64,000 nucleotides of DNA from positions 9,130,907-9,194,906 of the forward strand of contig CAVNZM010000001.1 of the NCBI GenBank assembly GCA_963693365.1. Reading direction: 5' to 3'. This document shows positions 42,534-62,284 of the stretch, piece after piece; position 1 is the first letter of the stretch, and each line of letters opens with the position of its first letter. The notes beneath the pieces were generated by a model. That model was not told the DNA's origin. It made no database searches and was given only the letters and a program-made list of their open reading frames with translations. This DNA comes from Amoebidium appalachense. Taxonomy: Eukaryota; Protista; Ichthyosporea. A program made the translations under genes and the position numbers.

Positions 42534-42695
42534 GGGGGGGGGGGGGGGGGGGGGGGTTGGTTACCTGGTTCTGGGTGGGGGGATCGTGATGGAGAGGACG
42601 ACCGTCAGAGCAGAAATACGAAGTGGAGAGGGGGAGAGGGTCACGGACACGTAGGTAGGCAACTCTGTGATGTGTGCATGTGCATGTGCGTGTGC

Positions 42696-42742
<47 letters not shown>

Positions 42743-43128
42743 GGGGGGGGGAGGGGGGACCGGTAGGAGAGGCGCGGGGGGGGGGGGGGGGGGGGGGAGG
42801 GGAGGAGGGGGAGGGGGGGGGGGGGGGGGGAGTGGTTTAGTTGCTTGGTAGGGTGGTTGATTCGACACAACACAGAAGAACACCTGTTCACATAAACATC
42901 CCCCCCTCCCCCCTCCTTCCCCCCCTCCCCCCCCCCCCCCCCAAAAAAAAAAAAACAGGTTTCCCTCTTCTCTTCCTACCATTGCCCCCCCCCCCCACCA
43001 AAAAAAAAAAAAAAAAAAACATCCCCTTTTTCCATTGCCCAATCTCTCATACACATCTAATGAATTCACATCTCACTTAGCCGGATGCTTGTGAATAGAC
43101 TGTCCGTATATTACCCTCCCTCCCCCCC

Positions 43129-43174
<46 letters not shown>

Positions 43175-43446
43175 AGCGCCGCCATTAAAAAGACACCCCC
43201 CCCCCCCTCCCCCCCTTCCCCTACCACTACCACCAACACTGCTCCCACTTCATCTCCAACCCCACCCTAATGATAGGCCATGTCAACGAGTCTTGTGTCT
43301 TTACGTTTGTTTGGTTCTCATCGGATGCAATGTTATCCCCCCCCCCCCCCCCCCCTCCCTCCCCCCCTGCTTCTTTGGACTTAGCTCTCACATTTACCAT
43401 CCTCTCATGCAGAACAACCCCCCCTCCCCCCCCCCCTCCCCACACA

Positions 43447-43503
<57 letters not shown>

Positions 43504-43737
43504 ACCCACCCACCCACCCACCCACCCACCCACCCACCCACCCACACACACACACACACCTGAGCCACATCTCACTCAGCCAGTTGCTAGTGAATGGATT
43601 CCATCTGTGCAGCCAAAGATAGCGCTGCAGCTTGCGACCCACCCGGGCCTGAAGAAGCTCCATATCTTTCTTGGTGCGCTCAAGATCTGAAAAGGGGGGG
43701 GGGGGGGGGGGATTGGGAGATTTATGGTGAGTAAATG

Positions 43738-43787
<50 letters not shown>

Positions 43788-43894
43788 ACACACACATGCA
43801 ATTGAATGTGTATGTGTGTGTTTGTGTGCCACACACACACACTCAAATGCATGTGACACAAATACATACACACACATTCAAATGCATGTGTGTG

Positions 43895-43955
<61 letters not shown>

Positions 43956-44137
43956 ACCTTCGTTCTTGCACACACATTTATGCATATGTACACGCCTTAC
44001 GGTAAATGATGTGTGTATTTACCAAAAAAAAACGGATATATTCCTTATTGTTTTTATGTTTCCTTATTAAAAAGAAGGACAACAACCAAAACAGTAAAGA
44101 CACATGACTGTTTGCAAGGGGGCACACAGGCACACAT

Positions 44138-44201
<64 letters not shown>

Positions 44202-44373
44202 ACACACCTTCCTCGCTCAACAGCGGTTGCAAGGAAACTATAAGTTTTTTACATGTGTCACTGAGGGAGGGAAGGGGCAGACGGGGGAGTGCTGACTGAA
44301 GGACCGTTGTACTGTTGTCGGTGCCATAGGTCAGAGCCTTCACCAACCTGCGAAAACGGCGGGGGGGGGGGGG

Positions 44374-44404
<31 letters not shown>

Positions 44405-44596
44405 AGGGGGGGCAAGAAGGGGAGGGGGGGTGGGGCGGGGGGTGGGTGGGTAGGCGGGGGGGGGGGGGGGGGGGGGGGGGAAGAAGGGGGGGAAGCGGGA
44501 GAGGGCTGGGGGGAGGGGGGAGGGGCTGGGGGAGAGAGAGAGGGGGAGAGAGAGAGGGGGGGGGGGAGAGAGGGGGGAGGGGGGGGAGGGGGGAAA

Positions 44597-44627
<31 letters not shown>

Positions 44628-45224
44628 AAAGAGTTAGAATTTAGTACAGATCGAGTACGAAATCCACATTCGTGACGGACAGTTACGGGAGACTCTGCAA
44701 AAAAAAAAAAAAAAAAAAAAAAATACACAGTTGGGTATGTTTTTATGGAAGGGTCTGGAAGGGGCCCAAATGATCCACTTAAACCAAGTGTCGATACATT
44801 CACCATGCGTGCAAACCTCAACTCAGATAAGGAAGAGGGCGGACGGGGGGTGGGGGGAGGTTGTAGGGTGAGAGGCGGCAAAGGAAGCCTACAACTTGTT
44901 CAAAGATAACAGCATTTTCTCTTTTTATTTTTATTCTTTAGTTAACTATATATATATATATATATGGGGGGGGGGGGAGGGAGGTGGTGGTGGTGAGTGG
45001 GGTGATGGTAGGTAAATTTTGTATCAAATGCCTTTTTCAGTATTTTATTTCTTTTTATGGATTTTTTTTTTTTTTTTTGCAAGAAGGTTGTGTGTGTGTT
45101 TTGGGAACTGCTGTATAAGGCAATTCATCCACCAAGACAGGTCATGTTAGAGCCCGTGTTGGCACCTTACTGAATACAGGCATCCATTTTCAAAAGGGAG
45201 ACAAATCAAAAGCATGAAAGATGG

Positions 45225-45298
<74 letters not shown>

Positions 45299-45623
45299 GT
45301 ATATGTGCGTGCGTGTATGCTTGCGTGTGTTTGTTCATGCTTGTGTGTGCGTGCGTGCGTACGAAAGTAGGGGGAGAGGGGGTGAGGGGGTGAGGGGAGG
45401 GGAGGGGGAGAGGGGGGGGGGGGGCAACACACATGAAAAACACTTTGCTTAGCATCGAGTTAGGCGAGGTCATCCATCCCTTGTACTTAAGCAGCACTCT
45501 CAGAAGCACCATGCGCACTGCATGGAGCGGCGCAAATGGGTGCCGCGGGTAGATGAGGTAGCTGAGTGCAACAGGTACCGCAATGGCCACCTGTGTGCGT
45601 GACAGGTGCTGCCCACCAAACAT
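30551..45623 (-). CDS. Choline/carnitine acyltransferase family protein, CPT1-like (about 18 exons; start and last exon boundaries uncertain)
   Basis: Exons join in phase to give [76 protein letters not shown] (catalytic His), [66 protein letters not shown]. Confidence 0.92.
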
Positions 45624-45644
45624 TCTCCCGATTTCTCTCTCCCT

Positions 45645-45675
<31 letters not shown>

Positions 45676-46137
45676 GGGGAAGAAAAACGAAGGAAGTAGA
45701 TGTTGAAGTGGGAGATCGGGGAGAGGCGGGGACTGGAAGGGAGGCAGGAGGGAAGGAAGGGGGAGAAAGGGGGGGGGGAGGGGGGGGGAGAAATACAGGT
45801 GATTATAAGGAAGAGACATGTGGTTTTCCTCATTGTGCACCATGGCTGGCATTGGATGCTTTCATGATTACAGCCTACGATAATTCCTCTCTCGTTTGAC
45901 TGTCCAACCCCATCTATTCCTTACTCAAAAAACAGAAATTTATTCGCCATCAGTTCGGATTCACTTCACGTAACCTGGTGACTGCACATCCGCCAGCACC
46001 CAAAAAGGTAGAAGGTCTTCAAGTCTCCCTGTTTACGTGTGTTTGCATGCACAGGCCGGTACTCCAAACATGAACATGTGAGGATCCATAAGAGCGACAC
46101 CGCGTTTTTTTGTGCGCGGGGGAAAGGAAGGGGGGAG

Positions 46138-46178
<41 letters not shown>

Positions 46179-46459
46179 GGGATGATCTCCGAAAAACGAT
46201 CTGAAAGGTCATGCTCATGGCTAACCTTAGGGTACTGTAGTCGGGGACCTTCCGTTAGTCCTTTGCGAGGGCTAAAAACGGTTCCACAGCACGGTATTTC
46301 AGTGTTCACGCGCTCGGTCGCGTCACCTAGTGTACTTATAACTGTTACGAAAGAGAGAGAGAGAGGAGAGTTGTGCTTTTTCTTTCTGCGCGAGGTTCCT
46401 TTTCAACTCGGCGAAAAGGCAAAAGAATTCCTTCACAAAAATGTCAACCGACGCAAGAA

Positions 46460-46730
46460 TCTACGTCATTTAGCGGCTATTGATTGGCTAAAAAGAATAC
46501 AATATTCCTATTGGGAGGCGTGTTCCAATAGGAACGATCCGGAAGAGCAAAGAAAAATAAACAAACCGTGGCCGTCACCTGGCGTGCACGTGCACCGCGC
46601 CCGCGCCGCCTGCAGCCGGTGGGCCGCCTGCTTTTTTTTCCTTTTTCACTTTTTCTCGGAGGAGAGTGTCTTTTTTTTGGGGAGGGGGGGGGGGGGGGGA
46701 GGGGGGAGGGGGGGAGGGGGGGGAGGGGGG

Positions 46731-46774
<44 letters not shown>

Positions 46775-47290
46775 TGAATTCGCTTACTCGGCTATGCGAA
46801 GCCAATCAGCGAACACTACGTCATTTTTAACCAAATATGTTTATTCAAGAAATCAAGATAATGATCTGATTGGTGTTGCCCTGAAGTTTGGCGCTGGAGT
46901 TTCGGGTCGGATTGGTTCCACTTAGTAGGAAACTTTTTTCTTCCGGCAGAAAGTTTTTGCAAATCGCAGGTTGCTGTTTTAATAATATGAGTAATCGGCA
47001 GAGACTTTGTTCACCCTTTTAACCCGCGTGTACAGAGGTGCTACACTAATAGCGCGAAGGTCGATTCGCAAAGACTTAGACGGATTCAGTCGGATGTGCC
47101 TCTCCATAACATCTCAACATTCCAGAGGCTCAACGCACTTTTTAGCCCGACCCGAGATTAGCGATCGGAAGGAAATTACGTAATCCTGCCCAAACCAATC
47201 AGGAAGTCAATGACGCCATAAAATAGACAAATTTGGCTACTGTTGAGTTTCTATTAATTCAATCGGGTCACACCAATTAGAATCGGCGTA
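46460..47290. promoter_or_regulatory. CCAAT-box-rich putative promoter upstream of the CPT1-like gene
   Basis: Several CCAAT/ATTGG boxes (about 46482, 46802, 46869, 46911, 47195, 47273), TACGTCA/TGACG motifs, and a 10-bp inverted repeat TTCCTATTGG..CCAATAGGAA at 46505-46534. Confidence 0.4.
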
Positions 47291-47589
47291 CAGCAAGCGA
47301 ATTCATACTTGGGGGGGAGAAGGGGAGCCGCAAGTCCCCTCCCTCCTGGGCCTGTTGCCGTCCCCCTTCCCCCCTCCCCCCCTGCAACCCCTTCGTACGT
47401 CAAGTTGCACTAGTATTAGGAGTATACGTACGTGGGCATGGCCCGTAGTAAAGCGTAAATGTCTGGCCATGGACCGAGCCGGGGTGTTGTTGTGCATAGA
47501 GTTACGTGATAATGTAGAGTTTGTGTCTATGTATTGCTAGGTGTGTTTGCCCCCTAAAAGCAACCCCGGCCTCCTTCCCATCCCCCCCC

Positions 47590-47620
<31 letters not shown>

Positions 47621-48254
47621 ACACACACACGCGCAAAAAAAAAAAACCCCCTCGCCACCACCCCCCCCCCCCCTAGAAAGAAAGAGAAATTCAGTTGTTC
47701 GCAATTGCCAATGTTGATGCTTTGTGGCCTGTCTTCGGATGGGCTCGAATTCGTAGCATGGTCTCTGTGTGTGCGTTGCATTGTCCCGGTTATGAATGTG
47801 TACTTAGTAAGCGTACACAGTAGCAAATTCTTAACCACCCCCCGCCCCCCCCCCCCCTCCCCCCTCCGCCCCTCCCTCCCTCCCTCCCCCCCCCCCCTCC
47901 CCCCCTTCCCCCTTTGCACCCCCCAGACAACCACCACCGCCACCATCACCATCTCCCTCTTCTTTGCCCCCCCACATACATAAAACAGCCTACACGTCCA
48001 CAGATTGATAAGATTCTGCTTGTGGTTCAACGAGCAAGAGTCAATGATATGCAAATGACCGTCCTTGAAACAATTCTTTCGAACCACCCAGCATCTTCCA
48101 GGTGCGGTTCTATTTTTAGGCGGATCAATGTTTGTGGGCTTTGGAGGTACGCCTCCGTCGTATTGGTCGTGCACTGGTGGGCCAAGGGCATCTGTTCTGG
48201 TATATTATTCTTTTTTTTTTTTTTTGTGGGCAGGAGAGGTGGCGCGGGGAAGAG

Positions 48255-48300
<46 letters not shown>

Positions 48301-48322
48301 GGGCGGCGAGGGGTTTTTTTGT

Positions 48323-48353
<31 letters not shown>

Positions 48354-48680
48354 GGGGGGGGGGGATGGGAAGGAGGCCGGGGTTGCTTCACACACACGCT
48401 ATTCACAGGGTATATCTCGGAGTGGCGGGGGTTGATTTTGGAAATTATGCTCCAAATAGTTGAACTTCGAATGGGGGAATCGTGACCAACAAGGAGCCTC
48501 CTGGGAAGTAGGAACAGATGAAGAAAAAAAAATAAAAGGAAAAGAACTCCCGCGAATAAAAAAGGAGAAGGGCCTTAAAAAAAAGGAAGGAGAGAAACAG
48601 AAGGTGCCAGGGAAAAAAGAACAGGCACTAGGAAGGAACATCACAAAAAAGAGAGAAAAGAAGGGGGAATTGGTAGTTGA

Positions 48681-49025
48681 GGGCCCAACCACATCGGCAT
48701 AGTCAACTTGCTCAAAACAGAAATATTCTGCCAAAACAAAATTATTCGGCAAAAGCAGACTTAAACTATAAAAAGCAGAATTCAATTCTGCAAAAGCAGA
48801 ACAAAAGCAGAGTGATTTTGCTTTTGGCAGAATTATTTCACGAAAAAGCAGTTTTCTTTGCTGACGACAGCAGAACAGATGATGCAATAATTTGCGACTT
48901 TGTGTAGAATATTTTTATGGATATTTCTGCCTTTGCTGAATACTTATGTTCTTAGCAGAATAGGTCTGCTCTTTGCAGAATAATTCTGCTCGGAGCAAGT
49001 AGACTCGGCCGAATTGCTTGGGCCC
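48681..49025. mobile_element. MITE with about 50-bp imperfect TIRs (GGGCCCAA..), Tourist/PIF-Harbinger-like
   Basis: Left GGGCCCAACCACATCGGCATAGTCAACTTGCTCAAAACAGAAATATTCTGC versus reverse complement of right GGGCCCAAGCAATTCGGCCGAGTCTACTTGCTCCGAGCAGAATTATTCTGC. Flanks are TGA and TTA, an imperfect 3-bp TSD. Confidence 0.8.
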
Positions 49026-49257
49026 TTATTTTAGGAAACTATCCGGACCATTCGAAACTCCTCTCCACAAATAATCCTCCCATTTGGGGCAGTCTATCAA
49101 AGCCAGCGCTTCTGTTGGGCCGCTAATATTAGTCAAGATTCTCCGTTTCAACACTAAAGCAACGGTTACTTACAACTCTCCCCCGGCCCCTTCCCCACAA
49201 CTGAATATTCATCAGATGTATTTACTCTCTAGCCTTCCACTCCAGCTTCAATTAAAC

Positions 49258-49298
<41 letters not shown>

Positions 49299-49346
49299 CC
49301 CCTCCCCCTGCCTCGAATCCCTCCCCTCCCCACCCCCTCCCCCACC

Positions 49347-49377
<31 letters not shown>

Positions 49378-49535
49378 ACATATACACACACATGCACGCA
49401 CGCACACACACCCGCACGCACGCGCGCGCACACACGCACGCACACACACGCACACGCACACACACACTGTGACGCACACAGGCACACGCAGACGCACATG
49501 TAGACACACACACGCACACACACACACATGCACAC

Positions 49536-49566
<31 letters not shown>

Positions 49567-49709
49567 ATCGCGCGCGATAGGCAAACAACAGAGAAATACA
49601 ATGAATTGTTCAGAATAATCAGTGATCATTCTTCTCTTTTGCCTGGATTTATCCAACCAATGGAGGACCTGGTGTAAGTATACATTGTGCATGCATTTTT
49701 TGCTAATAT

Positions 49710-49743
<34 letters not shown>

Positions 49744-49785
49744 AATATGTACATATAGGGGGAAATTGCAAGAGAAAGACTTCCA

Positions 49786-50028
49786 GAGTTAGCCGAACTC
49801 GGAGCCTCCTGCGTCGGAGGCGAGGAGAACGGCTCCTCTTCATGGCTCACCTACATGTCGTTAATAAACAGCACATTCCCCCCTCCTCAAAGAGATAAGG
49901 ATGGGCGAGTTAGCCGAACTCGGAGCCTCCTGCGTCGGAGGCGAGGAGAACGGCTCCTCTTCATGGCTCACCTACATGTCGTTAATAAACAGCACATTCC
50001 CCCCTCCTCAAAGAGATAAGGATGGGCG
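49786..50028. repeat. Near-perfect tandem duplication of about 121 bp
   Basis: GAGTTAGCCGAACTCGGAGCC...GAGATAAGGATGGGCGA occurs twice head-to-tail. Confidence 0.92.
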
Positions 50029-50868
50029 AAAGTAATAACGTTGTAGTGTGGGGTTTAGGAGGGAGAAAGCAAACATTGAAGGCAGGTCGGAACCCAAATA
50101 TGGCAGGACGACTCCCTCTCTTTTTGTTTCCTTTTCTCTCTCCCCCTTCTCTCTCCTCTCTCTTTCTCTCGTCCCCCTCTCCCCCCCCCCCCCCCCCCCC
50201 CCTCTCGCTCGCCCGCTCGCGCTCTCTATCTAGCTCTCTCTCTCTCTCCCCCTCCTCTTTCGAGCCAGAAAGATGGATCTATTCGCCTCACTTCCCCGGC
50301 ACCGGCCGATACTATGAAAGTTCCTTTTCCGTCATTCCCCCTCCCCCCCCCCCCCGGGCCCCCCGTGTCAACCCGCCCCTACAACTATCAACTTGAGTCA
50401 AAACTCCCCGGCACTCTATGTAGCAGATACCAAATTGCATCTTGCACATCTTGCCCGGCAATGTATAATAAGGAGGAATTCGGTCAACACCAACTCAAAA
50501 CCTTCATGATGAGTGTTGTCGAGCACGCATTAGTGGTGCATGTGCGAGTGCGCCGACAGAGTAAAAGAGGCTTGGACTAAAGTGTACCGCGGCGTATTTA
50601 TGTCCTGCCTTCCACATTATGCCATGATCGATTATTGAAGTGGCCATGGGCCATTTCGCTATCGAGTTCTTTGCATCTGCATGACCATCTGCCCGTACTA
50701 GCAGGTAATCTCCTCGCTTCTGACACAGGAGGCACCAGGTTCGAATCTCTGATCTGGCAAAAATGAAAATGAAGGCCTGTCGCTGTGTGGCGGCCCCACG
50801 GTGCCGGTGTTTGCTGGTCTTCGGACATCAAGCAACCCGTGCATGTGGGTGGGTGGCCCAGCGATATT

Positions 50869-50909
<41 letters not shown>

Positions 50910-51319
50910 GCTGGTCTTCGGACATCAAGCAACTCGTGCATGTGGGTGGGTGGCCCGGCGATATTGGGGATTTTCTTTTTTTTTTTTTTGTTTTGTACGT
51001 ATGTGGATATATCATGATGATCACTGAGTTTTTCTTTTGCCCCTTCTGAATACAAGTGTCTGCTATATGCATTAGCAGGAAATATTTGATTTAGTACCTT
51101 TTGCACTTTGTGGGTCAATTTGCTTGGGCTGGGCATATATGGGTGGGTGGTACGGCTGCACGTATTCTAGGTGGGTGGCCTGGGTCTATATAGCGCTCTG
51201 AAAGTCTCTTTTTATTATTATTCTTGTTTCCATCTCCGTTGGTGCCACGTTTACGGTGACTCACAGAGAGCCTTTCATCGAAAGCAAGTGGATAGATTTG
51301 AATTTTGTCCCTCAAAACT

Positions 51320-51660
51320 ACCCAACCACATCAGCAGAATCACTTGGCAACTTGCTGCGAGCTGCATTAGTTTGTGCATCGAGCAGATTTATTCTGCAAA
51401 AGAAGAAATAGTTAGCAATTGAGCAGAATTATTCTGCACAAGAAAATTATTCAGCAATAAAGCAGAATTATTCTGCAGAAGATGCATTATTCAGCAATAG
51501 AGCAGATATCTTCTGCCAAGAAAGAATTTTCAGCAATTGATCGATAGCAAAATTGTTCGAATTCTGCGGAAAAATATTCAGCAAGCAATTGAGCAGAATT
51601 ATTGTGCAGAGAAAGAATTATTCAGAAATTGTGCAGAATTATTCTGCTAGAAGCCGAATC
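51320..51660. mobile_element. Truncated copy of the foldback MITE
   Basis: Begins CCCAACCACATCAGCAGAATCA (TIR-like), followed by GCAGAATTATTCTGC arrays. No right TIR seen. Confidence 0.7.
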
Positions 51661-52444
51661 ACTATCACCATCAACACTTAAGTCCCCTACATAGCCCTCC
51701 AGTGGTGGTGCCAGTGACCTGCGGGTAATGGTCGGAACCGGGGGCGAGAGGGGGGGGGGGGGGGGGGGGGGGGGGGAGGGGGGGGGGGGATGGTGGTGGT
51801 GGTTGCATTGGGGGGGGCCGGGGGAGGGGGGAGGGGGAGAGTATGCCATTGGGGGGTCGAAAAATATTACCTGCCTGACTCTAGCCTACCACAACCTTAA
51901 TTTGGCAAAGTTTTCTAGCGCGGCAAGCAATGCAGCAGGTACAATATGATTTCTGAAGATATAAAAAGTGCACGTGGATAACAACGGTTAGTGAATTTGA
52001 AGGCAAAAAATAATGGAGGTAAAGTCACGGACGCACCAGAGGCTCTGCCATATCTCTAACCCTCCCTCCCACTCTCCCTCCCTCAAGGCCCCCCACCCTC
52101 TCGAACTCCGGCTATGCAGGGGGAGAGGGGGTGGGGGGGAGATCTAGATCTGGGGAGGAAACCTACCACCCCACAGGCAGCCGCTTCCATGACCTGAGAG
52201 ATTTTGATCATGTACTGAACATACAAGTTTGCTAAACGTGAACATTGAAGGTAACAGTTACTACCGAGGCTCCTTGATTATCTGAAACTACCTGATTACA
52301 CCATATGCATCCGGTCATATGCTCGAGCTCCCCCCCCCCCCCCCCCCCCCCCCCCCTCTCCCCGCATACATGTGCACAAGCTTAAACACATGCACTGCGC
52401 CACGCACATGCACACGCACATGCACGCACGCACACACACACACA

Positions 52445-52501
<57 letters not shown>

Positions 52502-52528
52502 TTGTCAAGCACTCAGAGGCACACGTGT

Positions 52529-52613
<85 letters not shown>

Positions 52614-52858
52614 ACACACAAACACATGCACAAACACATAACACAACAGAGACGCTGCCAGCAACAGAAACCATGACCCCACAGAGATTCAACTTTCACA
52701 CGTGCTTCGTAGCTAAACCCTGCATATTATAGTATAGTATAAAAAAAAAACAAGTCTTTATTAACAATGAAAAAGCACCAAAATAAGAAAACAAAGGACT
52801 GGAAAACTATATATAACCCTCATCGACCTATTCGTAAGACCAATAGTTCAAGTACCGA

Positions 52859-52919
<61 letters not shown>

Positions 52920-52929
52920 AAAAAAAAAA

Positions 52930-52970
<41 letters not shown>

Positions 52971-53308
52971 AAAAAAAACAAGCAAACACACCACCACCAC
53001 CACCTGCCCACACAGCCGCGCTCACCCCCAAAAATCCCGGTTCCAGGAATCGAATTGTCAAGAATGGATGAACACGAGCAAAAACATGACGTTCAGGTTA
53101 TAAACTACCAAAGCACCAAACAACTACAATCAACCTAACATTCTCTTCACAGAAAAGAACACATTTCGGGTCACGTTTAGCCCAAATAGCAAGCACACGT
53201 CCAATCCTTTCTGTCCCCCCCCCCCCCCCCCCTCCTTTCCCCTACCCCACCCCACCCAAACACACACAACCATCAAGCACGACTGACCAAAATCAAATAC
53301 CTCGAGAT

Positions 53309-59030
<5,722 letters not shown>

Positions 59031-59047
59031 CTGTGTGTGTATGTGTA

Positions 59048-59087
<40 letters not shown>

Positions 59088-59111
59088 CGTGTGTGTGTGT
59101 GTGTGTGCGTG

Positions 59112-59143
<32 letters not shown>

Positions 59144-59768
59144 CGTGCGTGTGTGTATGTGAGTGTGTGTGCGCGTGCGTGTTTCAACGTTTTGTGCAGT
59201 GGGTGTGTGTGTGTGTGTGCGTGTGAGTGTGTATGCGTGTGAGTGTGTATGTGTATGTGTGTGTGTGTGTGTGTGTCGATTATGTATTACGTCTGCGTGT
59301 ATGTGTTTGGATGTTGTAGGTGATTGTGTGTGAAGGCACAGGAATCGGAATTTGTGCGTGTAGGTGTGTGTGTGTGTGTGCGCGCGCGTGTGCGTGTGTG
59401 TGCGTGTGTGCGTGTGTGTGTGTGCAGGCAGGTGTGCGTGTGTGTCTTCTTCATCTATATGTGTGTCTTGTGTATGATGCGTATGCTTTTTCATCTCAGA
59501 GAAGTATGTGATGGCAATTTGCTGAGTGGCGGGTGTCGGTGCAAGCTGACGTTGGGGTGTGTGTGTGAACTTGAAATCGTGTGTGACGTACGTTACGGAA
59601 CAAAAATCAGTGAGCAAGTGCACGAAACGGCGGCCCATCATGCAAGAGTCCCCCCTTCCCCTTCACACCCACACACACGAAACGGCGACCCATGATGCAA
59701 GAGTCCCCCCCCCCCCCCACCACACACACAAAAAAAATCAAAAAATTGTGTAACTATTATGTAAAATA

Positions 59769-59807
<39 letters not shown>

Positions 59808-62284
59808 CGGGGGGGAATGGGTTTCGTACCCACGACCAAGGCAAAGAAAAACACATCAGGCAAAAGATAGTTGCAATATTACGTTATACCCTCTTTGTGT
59901 ATATACAGACATCCCATAGTCTTATACACAACAACTGCATAGTTTCATACACGATTACACCCTCCTGGTATATAAAAAGATTTCACACCCACGACCATAC
60001 TCTTTTCAGAGAGTGAGAATGTGTGTGTGCGTAAGGTGGGGTGGAACGGATGCAGGCTTCAGAGGGAGGAAGGGCAAAAAAAAAAAAAAAAAAAAAGAGC
60101 ACGGCCGTGAGAACAAAGAGACTTCGGGGAATGATTTCCATCCAAAGGTGGCGAATCTGTGGCATTTTTTTTTCTTTTTTTTTCTGTTGTGTATTTGTAC
60201 CCATAAGTGCTCCCTATACGGTTGAATATATACACAAGTCAGGAGAAGTTATACCGTAAAAAAAACACTACGCTGCGCTTTATTTGTGCTTGTACAAAGA
60301 TACATAGAAATGAGAAACATATATACACAACATACTTGCATACTGAGAGAGTGTTGCATTTGCATATACGAATACATTTTCCTTAACCTTCTGAAGTTGT
60401 TAAAGTTATTACACGCATTCCTTTTCTTTGAAATTAACTGGCCTACTGAAAAGTAACGTATACATCTTGAAACGATGCTCGAACAGCCTGGCCACGTACG
60501 TACCGATGGGATAGAGGTAAGTCCTCACAAGTTGTAAATTGGTTCCGTGTGATGCTATTTCATGGATGTAATAAATGAACCGCTTTGTCCAGACATTCCG
60601 ATTTAAATCAAACTGCATGCTGATCAGTGCTCACTCTTCAGAAAATAATTAATTCCCTGAGATTTTCATGGTACCAAAAATTGTATTACCAGAAACCTAC
60701 ATGTTTCATAGTCTTTCACAAGCTCGTGGAGGAAAGGAAAAATCAAGATACCGGCGCATATTTACACTACAGTTGTGCTGTTTGCACACATTTACCATAC
60801 AGTAACTGTTCTGGCAGTTTTGTAAATGTGAACTACAAGACTTGCTATCATATCGTTAGTGCACATACGGGAATGTTTCAAACTTTATAACTACACTCGT
60901 CATTTTAACCAATGGAAATCATACACTTCTCACGCAAAGTCTTTCGTGTAGTGCCCCAAGTACCAGGAAAACAACAAAACTATGCAACAGAAAATAACAA
61001 CACTGCTCCATACATATTCAGGCTCTTCATAGTTTAATGCACAGCCCGTCCTCTTCTGTACATACAGACACTCCATAAACCCATAGATAACACACCCTCC
61101 TTGCATATATATAGAGCCTTTATAAAAGGGTTTATATACAGCCTTGCAGACGTTTCTATATACAGCCTTATGAAAAGGTTTAATACACAGCCTAACATAG
61201 GGTTTCTTTTGGTAAAAAGTCAATTACCTGGTCGCCAGGGTTGATCACAACAGGCATATTGACAGCTCTGCCCTTCTTGGGCTACCTCTGAAGGTCGTCC
61301 TCTTTTAGCAACCAAGGCGGCTCACCTATTTTCACAAATCTTCTCGTCTCAAAGAAAAGGAAACCACGAAACGAAGCGCTAACGACGAATACTACGCTGC
61401 ATATACGTATGTCTGTATACTGGTTTTCACAGATTTCCACCGTTACTACAGAATATTAGCATCGACACCGTTGCTTCTTGTTCACTATAATCCTCTCGTT
61501 TTCCCGCTCCCTCTCTTTCCTTCCTCCTTTTTTTTTCCTTTTTTTTGCCACGTCTTCGTTTTGTGCCGTCACAGCGTGCTGTCTGATCATAAGGAGACTG
61601 CCTCTACACCCCCGAAACTGTCAGATGTGGGGTTTTGACCCAAAACTCTAAATACCTCCTTCAAGAAAAATTCAAAAGCACTTTCTACACCGTTATAAAT
61701 CTATATCAAAAAAGGGTTTTGTATTAAAATAACCAACCATTAGCTGTTATTGTTTTTATTAGCATATTTGGTTCTTTTAAAAACCAAGAAGATTGGTGGT
61801 AGAATATTTTACGCATGTGAAATTACAAAACACCCCACTGCTAGGGGATTGAAGCTTAGCAACGTAGACCAATCAAAATCGATCGTTCTAGGACATTTGA
61901 AGTATTGCCTAAACACATTTGTGTCGTTTGTACCCAATATTTCGGTTTAAACTAGATTTAAAACTAAGCAGACGACTCTACAACTACATCTAAATTATAT
62001 AGCTAGCATTTGCACGTTTTACATAAGTTATGTCTGTACTTTGTGACTAGGCAATCCACTGAGACGAGTGCCACCGTGTCACCTTTCGTTTTCCGACTCA
62101 ACTACAACTGAAACACATTAACACTGCGGCTTGGAAAAATCTGAGTGAGTGGCAGGCACGAAGAAAATTGAAAATAGGCGAGTTTTGGCGGCTAGTATTA
62201 AGCTGCCAAGTGATATTCGACGTTTCCGCTTGACAAACGCCCAAGCTTGAGGGTACAACTTCTGTTCGTGCCATATATTTGAAA

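Noticed and set aside
47400-51950. Possible minus-strand exons (for example [25 protein letters not shown])
   Set aside because: No recognisable domain, and I could not build a phase-consistent gene model.
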